Made by a program: the position numbers and the translations under genes. DNA of 63,991 nt, counting the filler. It is 9 parts of 9 records of this genome, joined end to end, with 100 filler letters (N's around TTAATTAATTAA, not from the genome) between each part and the next. Parts side by side here need not be neighbours in the genome. Positions count along the whole stretch, not along the records: positions 14,082 to 20,295 come from SRR31156797_83520; positions 20,396 to 26,456 come from SRR31156797_83585; positions 26,557 to 31,808 come from SRR31156797_83659; 6 more parts are not named here. One strand, 5' to 3'. Each line of letters opens with the position of its first letter. Within the stretch, counting starts at the first letter, position 1. Below the pieces are notes generated by a model. The model saw only the letters and a program-made list of their open reading frames with translations, had not been told where the DNA came from and searched no databases. Below, piece after piece: positions 18,446 through 28,881 of the stretch.

Positions 18446-18700
18446 TCTAGCGGTTTTGCGACTGGGAACGAATCGAATTCGCGGATGTTTTCCAGGGCAA
18501 TCACGGTATGAAATGCATCGGGAAACCGCTCGCACGCGTCGTCGAGGACTAAAACGATTGAGCCGCCTTCGATATATTTTTCTAATATAAGGGAAATCCA
18601 GGGTTTACCTGGCTTTGAAAAGAGTCTAGAAGACCGCCGTCACGGTTCCATTCATGTGGCCCCGAAGGCACAACCCTATACGTATACGGAATGAATTAAG

Positions 18701-20295
18701 ATGCTGGTGCGGCTCCCAGGAACCCGCCCGGATGGCGGCGCCCTCCGCTACTTTCCTTTTGTCATTTGGCTGCAGACGATGAACAGAAACACCGTCGGCC
18801 CCGACCTGTTGGCCGGGCTGACCGGTGCCCTGATCATGCTGCCGCAAGGCGTGGCATTTGCCATCATCGCCGGCATGCCGCCGGAATACGGCCTTTACGC
18901 CGGCATGATCCCGGCCATCGTCGCCGCCCTGTTCGGTTCGTCCTGGCACCTGGTATCGGGTCCGACGACGGCCGCCTCGTTGATCATCCTGGCCTCGATC
19001 AGCCAATTCGCCGAACCCGGCTCGCCGGACTATGTGCGCCTGGTCCTGACGCTCACCTTCATGGTCGGCGTCATGGAACTGGCCATGGGTCTGCTGCGCA
19101 TGGGGTCGCTGGTCAATTTCATTTCGCACACGGTCGCGATCGGTTTCACCGCCGGCGCCGCCATTCTGATCGCCGCCAACCAGGTCAAGTATTTCTTCGG
19201 GCTCGACATCGATCGCGGCACACCGTTTTACGAGATCATGCGGATTCTGGCCCACAACATCGGTGAGATTTCGCCGGAAACCACGGCTGTCGGCGTCATC
19301 ACCGTGGTCGCCGGTCTGCTTGCCAAGAGATTTTTCCGGGTCATTCCCTACATGATCGTGGCGATGGTCACGGCCAGCCTGTTTGCCGCAATTCTGAACG
19401 GCTTTTTCGGCGCCAGCGTACCGACCATGGGTGCCCTGCCGTCCGGCCTGCCGCCGCTGTCGGCACCCCATTTCTCGGTCGAGATCTTCCGAGAACTGGC
19501 CACGACCGCCGTCGCCGTCGCCCTGTTCGCCCTGACCGAAGCGGTTTCGATTTCCCGCGCCCTGGCCGTGCGCAGCGGCCAGCAGATCGACGGCAACCAG
19601 GAATTCATCGGACAGGGCCTGTCGAACCTGGCCGGCGCCTTCTTTTCGGGTTACGTCGCCACCGGGTCCTTCAACCGCAGCGGCCTCAATTACGAAGCCG
19701 GCGCCCGCACCCCGCTGGCCGCCGTCGCCGCCGGTGTTCTGTTGATCCCGATCCTCGTTTTGGTGGCGCCCTATGCCAGCTTCCTGCCGAAGGCGGCGGT
19801 GGCGGGGATCCTTTTCCTGGTCGCCTACGGCCTGATCGATCTGCCGCATATCCGCCAGATCCTGACCTCGAGCCGGTCGGAATCGACGGTCATGACGGCG
19901 ACCTTCTTCTCGGTGCTGTTCCTGGATCTGGAAATCGCCATTTTCGTCGGCGTCATCCTGTCGCTGGTCTTTTATTTGAACCGCACCTCGCATCCGAACG
20001 TCACCACCCTGGCGCCCAATCCAGACAAGCCGCGCCGCAGCATGGCTGCCAACCCGGCCCTGGCCGAATGCCCGCAGGTCAAGATCGTGCGGATCGACGG
20101 ATCGCTTTATTTCGGAGCCGTTTCCAGCGTCATCGAGAAACTGCGCCGGCTTGAAAAAAGACGGCCGCGCCAGATCCATCTGGCCGTTATCGCCTCGGGC
20201 ATCAACTTCATCGACACCGAAGGCGCCGAGGCCCTGGTCAACGAGGCCCGCCGCCGGAAAGAGTTCGGCGGCCAGCTTTATCTCGTTGATCTTCA
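18701..20295 (+). CDS. sulP: SulP family anion transporter with STAS domain, 3'-truncated
   Basis: Motifs DLLAGLT....LPQGVAFA.IAG.PP.YGLY, GPT, NQEFIGQG.SN, GSFNRS and RIDGSLYFG. Confidence 0.92.
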
Positions 20296-20395
20296 NNNNN
20301 NNNNNNNNNNNNNNNNNNNNNNNNNNNNNNNNNNNNNNNTTAATTAATTAANNNNNNNNNNNNNNNNNNNNNNNNNNNNNNNNNNNNNNNNNNNN
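20296..20395. other. Artificial contig linker
   Basis: N44-TTAATTAATTAA-N44. Confidence 0.98.
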
Positions 20396-20581
20396 TCATT
20401 AGACCTTCGGTCGGTCATTTTCGGCGGAGCCGAATATGACCCGAATAAGACGCCCGCACCCGGCCTCGGGGCGTCCCGAAATCCGGGCCGGAATGAAGAC
20501 ATTTACTGAAATACATTTTGGAAGTTCCGAACGCTGTTCCTAATTAATGATGAAAATGTGACGACGACAGGGTTAATCCCA

Positions 20582-21460
20582 ATGATCCATAAAAAAAGAT
20601 TTAAAGATATTGAAGGATATTTATTTGTTGCTCCTGCTCTGCTTTTTTTGCTCCTGGTCAGCATTTATCCTTTACTCGATGTAATAATCCTCAGCTTTAC
20701 AAAGATTAAAGACGGCGAAAGGCTGTTTGCCGGCCTTTCCCATTACGTGGATTTAATCTCTGATATATGGTTTTGGAAAGCGCTGTGGACGACTTTTATT
20801 TTTACGGTTGCATCCACAATACTCCACCTGCTCATCGGGCTGGGCATCGCCCTTCTGCTTAATAGCGACTGGAAATCAAACGGGCTCAGAAACTTCTTTC
20901 GAGGCCTGCTCATACTACCCTGGGTGTTTTCAACAGCAGCCTCGGCCCTGATGTGGGCTCTTTTGATGCACCCGTTCGGGCTGGTTAATTATATCACCAT
21001 GTCCGTGTTCAACCTGGACAAACCCATAGAATTTTTGTCCTCGACGGCCAGCGCCCTGACGGTGCTCATAGTAGTCAATACATGGAAATACTATCCATTT
21101 TACATGATATCAATCCTTGGCGCCCTGCAGTCCATTCCCACATCCCTGTACGACGCCGCCAAAGTAGACGGCGCCGGAAGTTGGCAGCAATTCTGGAGAA
21201 TCACCATCCCCCAGATCAAAGGTGTGCTTATCGTTATTTCAACTTTCGACATCATAACCACCTTCGGCCACATAGACTTCATCAACATGTTAACGCGCGG
21301 CGGGCCATACCGCACCACGGAAACCATATCCTATTACATCTATAAAACCGCTTTCCTGGATGGACACATGGGGTACGGGGCCGCAATCAGCGTGGTTATG
21401 CTGGTGATGTTGACCTTTCTAACTATCGGATACCTCAAATTGGTCAGAAAGGAAGATTAA
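20582..21460 (+). CDS. Carbohydrate ABC transporter permease (MalF/UgpA-like)
   Basis: Motifs YLFVAPA, LQSIP..LYDAAKVDGA..WQ.FW.IT.P and LTRGGP. Alternative start at 20558. Confidence 0.9.
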   Translation: MIHKKRFKDIEGYLFVAPALLFLLLVSIYPLLDVIILSFTKIKDGERLFAGLSHYVDLISDIWFWKALWTTFIFTVASTILHLLIGLGIALLLNSDWKSNGLRNFFRGLLILPWVFSTAASALMWALLMHPFGLVNYITMSVFNLDKPIEFLSSTASALTVLIVVNTWKYYPFYMISILGALQSIPTSLYDAAKVDGAGSWQQFWRITIPQIKGVLIVISTFDIITTFGHIDFINMLTRGGPYRTTETISYYIYKTAFLDGHMGYGAAISVVMLVMLTFLTIGYLKLVRKED

Positions 21461-21461
21461 G

Positions 21462-22310
21462 TTGGATATTATCAAGTTCATGCGATCCAGGTCGCGTCTT
21501 AAAAGAATCGTCGTCATCGCTCTGACCATAGCCGTCACCATGATTTTGATGATTCCCATAATCTGGATGATTAATTCATCGGTCAGGCCGGTCAAGGAAA
21601 TACTGGCCTTTCCTCCCCAGGTCATCCCCGATCAAGTAAGTTTTAAGTATTTCGGCAGGATTTTATCCAAAGGAAAATACCAGGGCTTTATATTGAACAG
21701 CCTTATTATAACCGTATCAACCATTGTTTTAACCCTTACCCTTTCGCTCCTGGCCAGCTACGGCCTTTCAAGATTCAAAATCAAGGGGCGCAACGGCATT
21801 ATGCTTTTCATAATGGCCCTGCTGATGCTGCCGCCTATTATTCTGGTGGTTCCCTTTTTCAAATTTTCCAATCTTCTGCGTATTTATGACACGATTTTTG
21901 TCCTCATAATATGCAACACCACTTTTGTTTTGCCCCTCTCGGTCTGGCTCATGAAAAGCTACATAGACGCCATACCCGTGGCTGTTGAAGAGGCGGCCAT
22001 GCTGGACGGATGCAACAGGTTCCAGGTTCTGGTCAGAATATTGCTCCCGGCTGTAACTCCGGGCCTGGTGGGCACGGCCACTTTTATAATCGTCACCGTA
22101 TGGAATGAATACCTTCTGGCGCTAACCCTGACCGACACCCCGGACGTACAACCCCTGACTATCGGGCTGGCCGCCTTTTTCGGACAGTATGTCAGGGACT
22201 GGAATTCAATCATGGCCCTGGCCACAATTTCCAGTCTGCCGGTTATGCTGCTCTTTATATTCTTCCAGAGATGGGTGGTAAAAGGCCTGACCGCAGGCTC
22301 GGTGAAATAA
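21462..22310 (+). CDS. Carbohydrate ABC transporter permease (MalG/UgpE-like)
   Basis: EAA loop IP..VEEAAMLDG, WNEY and C-terminal QRW.VKGLTAGSVK. Confidence 0.9.
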   Translation: MDIIKFMRSRSRLKRIVVIALTIAVTMILMIPIIWMINSSVRPVKEILAFPPQVIPDQVSFKYFGRILSKGKYQGFILNSLIITVSTIVLTLTLSLLASYGLSRFKIKGRNGIMLFIMALLMLPPIILVVPFFKFSNLLRIYDTIFVLIICNTTFVLPLSVWLMKSYIDAIPVAVEEAAMLDGCNRFQVLVRILLPAVTPGLVGTATFIIVTVWNEYLLALTLTDTPDVQPLTIGLAAFFGQYVRDWNSIMALATISSLPVMLLFIFFQRWVVKGLTAGSVK

Positions 22311-22333
22311 AATGTTTAGCAAGGAATTAATCA

Positions 22334-23131
22334 ATGAATGAAAAATATTTGATAATAAACATAGACGATTATGGAATGTGCCATTCGGCCAATGTCGCCG
22401 CCGTGGAAATTTTAAAAAAGGGCCTGGCCGGATCCTGCACCATTATGGTTCCATGCCCCTGGGCGGAACACGGAATCAAGCTGCTCAAGGAAAATCCCGA
22501 CGTGCAGTTCGGAGTCCACCTTACCATAATCAGCGAGCACCAATACTATCGCTGGGGGCCGGTCAGTCCGGCAGACAAAGTTCCTTCCCTCGTCCCTGAC
22601 GGACGGTTTTTCCATACGGAAACCGAAAGGGATAAAGTCGTCCAAAACGCAAAGCTCAGTGAAGTTGAAACCGAATTCAGGTCCCAGATAGAATACGTGC
22701 TTGAGAAAGGGCTTAAACCTACACATTTAGACAGTCACTGCAACGGCCACGAATTACGGGACGACATTTTCGATATGACCGCCAAACTGGCCGAGGAATA
22801 CAACCTTCATTTAAGAACCGCTTCTGAAAAATACATTGGCAGAATGAAGCAATGCGGCGGAATCTGCGTTGATCATCCCGTTGTCGACAGCTTTAGAATT
22901 GAAACTGGTAAAAAGTTCGACGCCTTTGACGCCCTGATCAGGGACATGAAGCCGGGCCTGAACGAGTTCGCCATACATCCGGCCCTGGAAACAGGCGAAT
23001 GCAAGGCAATATCACCTGAGTGGCATGTCCGGGTTGAAGACTACAGGTATTTTAATTCAACAAGGTTTGTCGAACTTTTAAATGAAAATAACATCAAAAC
23101 GACCACCTACGGCAATCTGCCGACAGCATAG
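22334..23131 (+). CDS. ChbG/YdjC family carbohydrate deacetylase
   Basis: Motifs LIINIDDYG, GVHLT, PTHLDSH and HP. Confidence 0.88.
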   Translation: MNEKYLIINIDDYGMCHSANVAAVEILKKGLAGSCTIMVPCPWAEHGIKLLKENPDVQFGVHLTIISEHQYYRWGPVSPADKVPSLVPDGRFFHTETERDKVVQNAKLSEVETEFRSQIEYVLEKGLKPTHLDSHCNGHELRDDIFDMTAKLAEEYNLHLRTASEKYIGRMKQCGGICVDHPVVDSFRIETGKKFDAFDALIRDMKPGLNEFAIHPALETGECKAISPEWHVRVEDYRYFNSTRFVELLNENNIKTTTYGNLPTA

Positions 23132-23146
23132 AACAGGAGGAAACAA

Positions 23147-24355
23147 ATGGCTGGTCCAGGTGCATATTATTATGGAGATGCGGAAAAAAAGGAAGTTCTT
23201 GAAGTTTTGGAATACGGATACCTGTCAAGATACGGCTCGGACGACGACAAAGCCTTTAAGTCGAAAGTATTGAAGCTTGAAAAGCTGTTCGCTGAAAAAA
23301 TGGGCTCCATGTATGGCGCGGCCGTTAATTCCGGAACTAATGCCCTGTATGCTTCGCTGGTCGCTTTAGGCGTGGGCCGGGGGGACGAAGTCCTGGTTCC
23401 CGGCTATACCTTCATTGCCACCTATTCCGCGGTTATCGCGGTCGGGGCCTTGCCCGTATTCGTGGAAATCGATGAATCCCTGACTATTGACCCCATAGAC
23501 ATAAAAAGAAAAATAACTCCCAAGACCAAAGCGATCATACCAGTTCACATGATCGGCAACCCCTGTAAAATGGATAAAATCATGGAGATTGCCAGTGCAA
23601 ACAGCCTTTATGTTCTCGAGGATGTATGCCAGGCCCTTGGCGGTTCCTTCAAGGGACAACGCCTGGGTTCCATAGGCGACCTCGGAGCGTTTTCCCTGAA
23701 TATTTATAAGGTCATTAATGCTGGAGACGGCGGGATCCTGGTGACCGACAATGAAGATTTCTACGAAAGAGCTTTCGGTTTCCACGACCAGGGACACAAG
23801 CCGCACAGATCCGGCGTTGAAATAGGAACCAGGAACCTGGTCGGCCTTAATTTCAGAATGAACGAACTCACCGGCGCCTATGCCCTGGGCCAACTCTCAA
23901 AACTCGATGATATCCTGTCCACTCTCAGAGAAAAGAAAAACACGTTCAAAAACCTGATTGCGCAGGCCGATATCAAGAACATGTATTTCCGGGAAATAAA
24001 CGACCCTGAAGAATGCGCGACCTTGTTAACCGTGTTGTTCAAGACAAAGGAACTGGCCGAAGAGGTCGCCGCCGCTTTAGGCAGCAAAACCATGGATAAA
24101 AGCGGATGGCACGTGTACAACAACATGGAAAACATCCTCAGCTTTTCCCGCGAGCACAATATTGCCGGAAATGAAAAGCATGCATTAAAACAAACAGACG
24201 ATATCCTGGGCCGCGCCGTCAACATGAGCGTCGGAGTTGTCGACTCGGGCATTGGAGCGGATTTCGGCATCAATATAAACAGCACCGAAGTGGAAATTGA
24301 AGAAACCGCGGCCCGGTACTGCAATATTGTTAAATCGATAACCTCCCGGTACTAA
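23147..24355 (+). CDS. DegT/DnrJ/EryC1/StrS PLP-dependent sugar aminotransferase
   Basis: Motifs NSGT.AL, GDEV.VP.YTFIAT, PVHM.G, EDVCQA.G, FS....K (PLP Lys) ..GDGG and G.NFRM.E. Confidence 0.9.
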   Translation: MAGPGAYYYGDAEKKEVLEVLEYGYLSRYGSDDDKAFKSKVLKLEKLFAEKMGSMYGAAVNSGTNALYASLVALGVGRGDEVLVPGYTFIATYSAVIAVGALPVFVEIDESLTIDPIDIKRKITPKTKAIIPVHMIGNPCKMDKIMEIASANSLYVLEDVCQALGGSFKGQRLGSIGDLGAFSLNIYKVINAGDGGILVTDNEDFYERAFGFHDQGHKPHRSGVEIGTRNLVGLNFRMNELTGAYALGQLSKLDDILSTLREKKNTFKNLIAQADIKNMYFREINDPEECATLLTVLFKTKELAEEVAAALGSKTMDKSGWHVYNNMENILSFSREHNIAGNEKHALKQTDDILGRAVNMSVGVVDSGIGADFGININSTEVEIEETAARYCNIVKSITSRY

Positions 24356-24374
24356 CCGTTTACGGAGGCATATT

Positions 24375-25466
24375 TTGGCCAGGGTAGAACTGATAGACTT
24401 GTGCAAAATATACGATCCCGATTTAAGGGTCGTTGACAACGTTAACATCACCATCGAAGATCAGGAATTTGTGGTGTTTGTCGGTCCTTCAGGATGCGGC
24501 AAAACCACAACCCTCAGAATGATCGCCGGGCTTGAGGAAATCGACGACGGTTTTATTAAAATCGACGGGGAGACGGTTAATCATATCGCCCCAAAAAACC
24601 GCGATATCGCCATGGTGTTTCAAAACTACGCCCTGTATCCTCACATGACCGTGTACGAAAACATGGCTTTTGGCTTAAAAATGAGGAAATATGGCCAAAG
24701 CGAAATCGATGCCCGGGTAAGGGAGGCCGCTGAAATACTGGGCATAAACGAGCTGTTGAAAAGAAAGCCTAAAGCCCTCTCCGGCGGTCAGCGACAGAGA
24801 GTCGCTGTAGGGAGGGCGATTGTCAGAAAGCCAAAGGTTTTCCTATTTGACGAGCCGCTTTCAAACCTGGACGCCAAGCTGAGAACCCAGATGCGAACCG
24901 AGCTGTCCAAGCTCCACCAAAAGCTGCAATCCACCATGATCTATGTCACCCACGACCAGATTGAAGCCATGACCATGGCCGACAAAATCGTGGTAATAAG
25001 AAACGGTAAAGTTCAGCAAATCGGCAGTCCCCTGGAACTGTACAACAAGCCGGCCAATATATTCGTGGCCGGTTTTATCGGTTCTCCCCAAATGTGCTTT
25101 TTTGATGTTGAAACAGCAATCAAGCAAGACAAGGTTGTTCTTAGAAACAAAGATTTAATGATGGAATGCGATACTCCAAGGAATAAAGATTGCCTGGCCG
25201 GAGGAAAAGTCACACTCGGCGTCCGGCCGGAAAACGTATCCATCAAGCGGGATGAATCCGGAAATGAAAACAGCTTTCGCGGCGTCGTGGATTTTTTAGA
25301 GCAGCTGGGCGATGAAATGATTACCTATGTTTCAACCTCTTTCGGCCACCTGGTCGCCAAACTTTCACCTGATGAAAAAATAACCTATGGCGACCAGATC
25401 AACCTTTGTTTCGACGACAAGAAACTTCACTTCTTCGACTGCGAAACCCAAAACAGAATCAACTAG
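24375..25466 (+). CDS. ugpC: Carbohydrate ABC transporter ATPase (MalK/UgpC family)
   Basis: Motifs GPSGCGKTT, VFQNYALYPH, LSGGQRQR, FDEPLSNLD and a C-terminal TOBE region. Confidence 0.9.
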   Translation: MARVELIDLCKIYDPDLRVVDNVNITIEDQEFVVFVGPSGCGKTTTLRMIAGLEEIDDGFIKIDGETVNHIAPKNRDIAMVFQNYALYPHMTVYENMAFGLKMRKYGQSEIDARVREAAEILGINELLKRKPKALSGGQRQRVAVGRAIVRKPKVFLFDEPLSNLDAKLRTQMRTELSKLHQKLQSTMIYVTHDQIEAMTMADKIVVIRNGKVQQIGSPLELYNKPANIFVAGFIGSPQMCFFDVETAIKQDKVVLRNKDLMMECDTPRNKDCLAGGKVTLGVRPENVSIKRDESGNENSFRGVVDFLEQLGDEMITYVSTSFGHLVAKLSPDEKITYGDQINLCFDDKKLHFFDCETQNRIN

Positions 25467-25494
25467 TAAAAAGTCGGCGCATGCCGACTTTTTA
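25467..25494. terminator. Bidirectional intrinsic terminator
   Basis: TAAAAAGTCGGC-GCAT-GCCGACTTTTTA between convergent genes. Confidence 0.85.
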
Positions 25495-25565
25495 TTTAAT
25501 ACAATGAATTCACAGACGCGCCGAGTTTAAGCCCGACGGCTTATATACCATCAGCCGCCCCTCAC

Positions 25566-26456
25566 TCACAGCCTTTGAATCAAGTAAATAAATGCCGGCA
25601 GGCGGCTTTGCTTTTTGATTTCAAAAAATGATTGCAATAGCTCCTGCCGGTTTTTACTTTCCATCAATGGCGATAGATAAATTGCACCCTTGCTGTAATG
25701 TTGATCCGGCGGGCCTGCGAGTAGTTCAGCCATGGACTGATTATGCTCCGGCGACAACATCTCCCCCAACAGGAAATTGCCCGTGACCTCAATATTGGAA
25801 AAATCCCGGTTGATTTCCAGCATCTTCCAAAATGCATTTTTGACCTTGGATGCCTCCAACGGCTTGTTAATAGAAGTCAGGGTCGCCGGATCAACGGATT
25901 CAAGCCCAATGTTGATATTAGTATGAAAGGGGAAGCTGTTTATCATTTCAAGCAAATCATTATCGGCCCTTAGAAAAGAATCCACGCTGCCGAACAAGTA
26001 AAGCCTGGGCTTTTTATCCTGCTCATTTTTAAATCCAAAGGCTTTCACGGCTTCGCTGACCGCCATGTCTATCAAGTCTCCGCCGGCCATTAAAGCATCG
26101 TGATTTCCCAGAAACAGTGCGTTATAAGATGAGAGGGCGGGGCCGTAAAATTCCTTTAATAATCTGATCTGCTCAACAATTTCGTCCCTGGATCGAGGAT
26201 GAAATCGCTGGTCGGACTTAACGCTGCAGAAGTCGCAATGATAAAGACATCCATCAGCTATGATGAGAGGAATAATTTCGTAGTCGACATGACGCGTATC
26301 CGGCGGAAGCACCGATAATCGTCCGCCCATGATGGCATGCAGCCTTTGTGCCTGCTTGTAAAGGACGCTTTCATCATTTTCAGCAATTAACTGCAAAAAC
26401 TCTTTTATTTTTGGAGGCGCTCCGTCAAGTTTGGCGCCCCGGATATTGGCGTACAA
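25566..26456 (-). CDS. Radical SAM protein, 5'-truncated
   Basis: GCLYHCDFC (CxxxCxxC), FLG.HDAL and NIGLESVD; frame open to the contig edge. Confidence 0.85.
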   Translation of the reverse strand: MYANIRGAKLDGAPPKIKEFLQLIAENDESVLYKQAQRLHAIMGGRLSVLPPDTRHVDYEIIPLIIADGCLYHCDFCSVKSDQRFHPRSRDEIVEQIRLLKEFYGPALSSYNALFLGNHDALMAGGDLIDMAVSEAVKAFGFKNEQDKKPRLYLFGSVDSFLRADNDLLEMINSFPFHTNINIGLESVDPATLTSINKPLEASKVKNAFWKMLEINRDFSNIEVTGNFLLGEMLSPEHNQSMAELLAGPPDQHYSKGAIYLSPLMESKNRQELLQSFFEIKKQSRLPAFIYLIQRL

Positions 26457-26556
26457 NNNNNNNNNNNNNNNNNNNNNNNNNNNNNNNNNNNNNNNNNNNN
26501 TTAATTAATTAANNNNNNNNNNNNNNNNNNNNNNNNNNNNNNNNNNNNNNNNNNNN
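26457..26556. other. Artificial contig linker
   Basis: N44-TTAATTAATTAA-N44. Confidence 0.98.
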
Positions 26557-26774
26557 ACGCCTGCCGCCTGCGAAGCCGTTTTCGCCGCCAATCGCCGGGG
26601 CGGCGTCAGGCGGGAGTGTCTTTTTCCGATCATTGCCGCATCAGTTGAATTGACTTTGGCGAGTTTTCGCCTATTTATCCGGTCTGTCCGGCCGCCGCTT
26701 CCTGGCCGGAAATCTTTTTTTCTGCGAGACGGGTTTGACGTCCTGGATCGTGCATCCAAGGGAATAGACTATTC

Positions 26775-27782
26775 ATGGAAACAATCGTTTTTCTGGACCG
26801 CGAGACGGTCTCGCCGGACGTCAACGTACGGCGTCCTTCATTCGAGCATTCGTGGCAGGAATTCGGCCAGACGCGCCCCGAGCAGGTGATCGAACGGGCC
26901 GCCCAGGCGACCGTCATCATAGATAACAAGGTGCCGCTGCGCGCCGAGACCCTCGAACGCCTGCCGAACCTGAAGATGATCGCGGTGGCGGCGACCGGCA
27001 CCGATTGCATCGACACCGACTGGTGCGCCGCCAACGGCATCGTCGTTTCCAACATCCGCGACTACGCGACCGCGACCGTGCCCGAGCATACGTTCGCGCT
27101 GATTCTGGCGCTGAAGCGCAGCCTGATCGGATACCGGCAGGACGTCGCCGACGGCGCCTGGCAGAAATCGGGGCAGTTCTGTTTCTTTTCGCATTCCATC
27201 ACCGGGTTGCACGGCAACGTGCTGGGCATCATCGGCGAGGGGTCGATCGGCCAGTCGGTCGCCGACATCGGCAAGGCTTTCGGCATGAAGCCGCTGTTCG
27301 CCGCCCATAAGGGCGTTTCCGGGCTGGGCCCGCTTTACACGCCGTTCGACGAGGTCATCGAGACCGCCGACGTCATCACCCTGCATTGCCCGTTGATGCC
27401 GCAGACAAAAGACATCATCGCACTACCCGAATTCAAACGCATGAAACCGGGCGCCATCCTGATCAACACGGCGCGCGGCGGGCTGGTCAACGAGGCCGAC
27501 CTGGCGACGGCACTTCGCGGCGGCCTGATCGCCGGTGCCGGCTTCGACGTGACGACGCCGCCGGAACCGCCGGCCGACGACAATCCGCTGATGGGTCTGC
27601 TCGATCTGCCCAATTTCATCCTGACGCCGCATGTCGCCTGGGCCAGCCTGGATGCCCAGCAGGCCCTGGCCGACAAGCTTGTCGATAATATCGAGAGCTT
27701 CGTTGCCGGAACGCCGGTCAACAACGTGGCCCAACCGGCAATCGATAGGGCGGCTGTGCCGTCGCAGGCCGCCGCCGACTAG
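26775..27782 (+). CDS. hprA: D-2-hydroxyacid dehydrogenase (glycerate dehydrogenase/hydroxypyruvate reductase type)
   Basis: Motifs IVFLDR, AATG.D, GIIGEGSIG, LHCPL, INTARG and TPHVAW. Confidence 0.85.
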   Translation: METIVFLDRETVSPDVNVRRPSFEHSWQEFGQTRPEQVIERAAQATVIIDNKVPLRAETLERLPNLKMIAVAATGTDCIDTDWCAANGIVVSNIRDYATATVPEHTFALILALKRSLIGYRQDVADGAWQKSGQFCFFSHSITGLHGNVLGIIGEGSIGQSVADIGKAFGMKPLFAAHKGVSGLGPLYTPFDEVIETADVITLHCPLMPQTKDIIALPEFKRMKPGAILINTARGGLVNEADLATALRGGLIAGAGFDVTTPPEPPADDNPLMGLLDLPNFILTPHVAWASLDAQQALADKLVDNIESFVAGTPVNNVAQPAIDRAAVPSQAAAD

Positions 27783-27815
27783 TCCGGCAGTTTTCGAATA
27801 GAACCATTGCAAGGG

Positions 27816-27844
27816 GAGCCGGCCTGTTCGCCGGCTTCTTTTTT
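27816..27844 (+). terminator. Intrinsic terminator
   Basis: GAGCCGGC/GCCGGCTT stem followed by a T-run. Confidence 0.65.
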
Positions 27845-27858
27845 AGCCGGTTCGGCGA

Positions 27859-28545
27859 TCAGGCGACTTCGGCCTTCGTGCTCAGCTTGGTTCTGACCGC
27901 CTGGCTGGTGCGCCGCCGGTGCGGCACCAGCACGGCCAGCGCCTGATCGAAATCCCGGGCCAGCACCGCTTCCATGAGGACCTGGTGCTCTTTCTCGATT
28001 TCGATGGAGACGGGCTCGGGTACGGGAATGCCGCGCATGCAGATGCGGCGATAGCGTTCGACGTGGGCCGACAATTGGTCCCACAGGCGCATCAGCCATT
28101 TCGAATCGCAGGCCGATAGCAGCGCCGAGTGGAAGGCGCGGTGCCGGACCTCGCGTTCCTCAACCTCGGCGGGGTCGTCGTTCAGCTTGTGCCAGGGCAT
28201 CTTCGATAACCGGTGATAGCAGGCGACGATATTCGCTTCCCACTGGTCGTCGCCCTTGTCGATGGCTGCCTGCAGGGTCTTTCGCTCGAGATCCTTGCGT
28301 AGCGACAGGATTTCCTCGAAATCCTTCAGGGAAACGCCGGCGACCCGGAAACCGCGGCCGCCTTCGATGATGGTCAGATGTTCCGCCGACAGCCGGCTCA
28401 GCGCCTCGCGCAGGGGCGTCGCGCCGATGCCGTAGGTCGATTTCAGCCATTCCATGCGCAACGGCATGCGCGGTTCAAGGGTGCCGCTGCGGATATCGAT
28501 CCGCAGGCGTTCATATATTTCCTGTGAAAGGGTATTGGTGGACAT
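27859..28545 (-). CDS. GntR family regulator with FCD domain
   Basis: Motifs IYERLRIDI..G.L.P, TPLREAL.RL, RGFRV and HRAFH.AL; RBS GGAG before ATG 28545. Confidence 0.9.
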   Translation of the reverse strand: MSTNTLSQEIYERLRIDIRSGTLEPRMPLRMEWLKSTYGIGATPLREALSRLSAEHLTIIEGGRGFRVAGVSLKDFEEILSLRKDLERKTLQAAIDKGDDQWEANIVACYHRLSKMPWHKLNDDPAEVEEREVRHRAFHSALLSACDSKWLMRLWDQLSAHVERYRRICMRGIPVPEPVSIEIEKEHQVLMEAVLARDFDQALAVLVPHRRRTSQAVRTKLSTKAEVA

Positions 28546-28881
28546 GGTCTCCAGACCGACGAATTTCCAACTTCGTTTGGCGGCCAAAAACGCAACCGAA
28601 CCGGGAAGATTAAGGCTTTGTAGCGTGTATTCCTGGCAGAGGCAAATGATCTGACCGGAATCTTTATTTTCTTGATAATATCACATTTGTATATTTTTCG
28701 AGAATTTTATATAGAATAAGCCGGGTAACTCAAGGGGTCGATTTCGGCCGGTTGGGGTGGGAAAAGCGAAACGAGGGACGTCGGCGACCGGTATCCGGGA
28801 GAATCGGCGGCAAGGCAACGAAATGCCGTGTTCCAACCCGCCGGAGCGGCCGATTATAACAATTTCGGGATCGGTAAAACC

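Noticed and set aside
20409..20500. Hairpins at the start of contig 4 as an ncRNA
   Set aside because: Position fits an ordinary intercistronic stem-loop after a missing solute-binding-protein gene.
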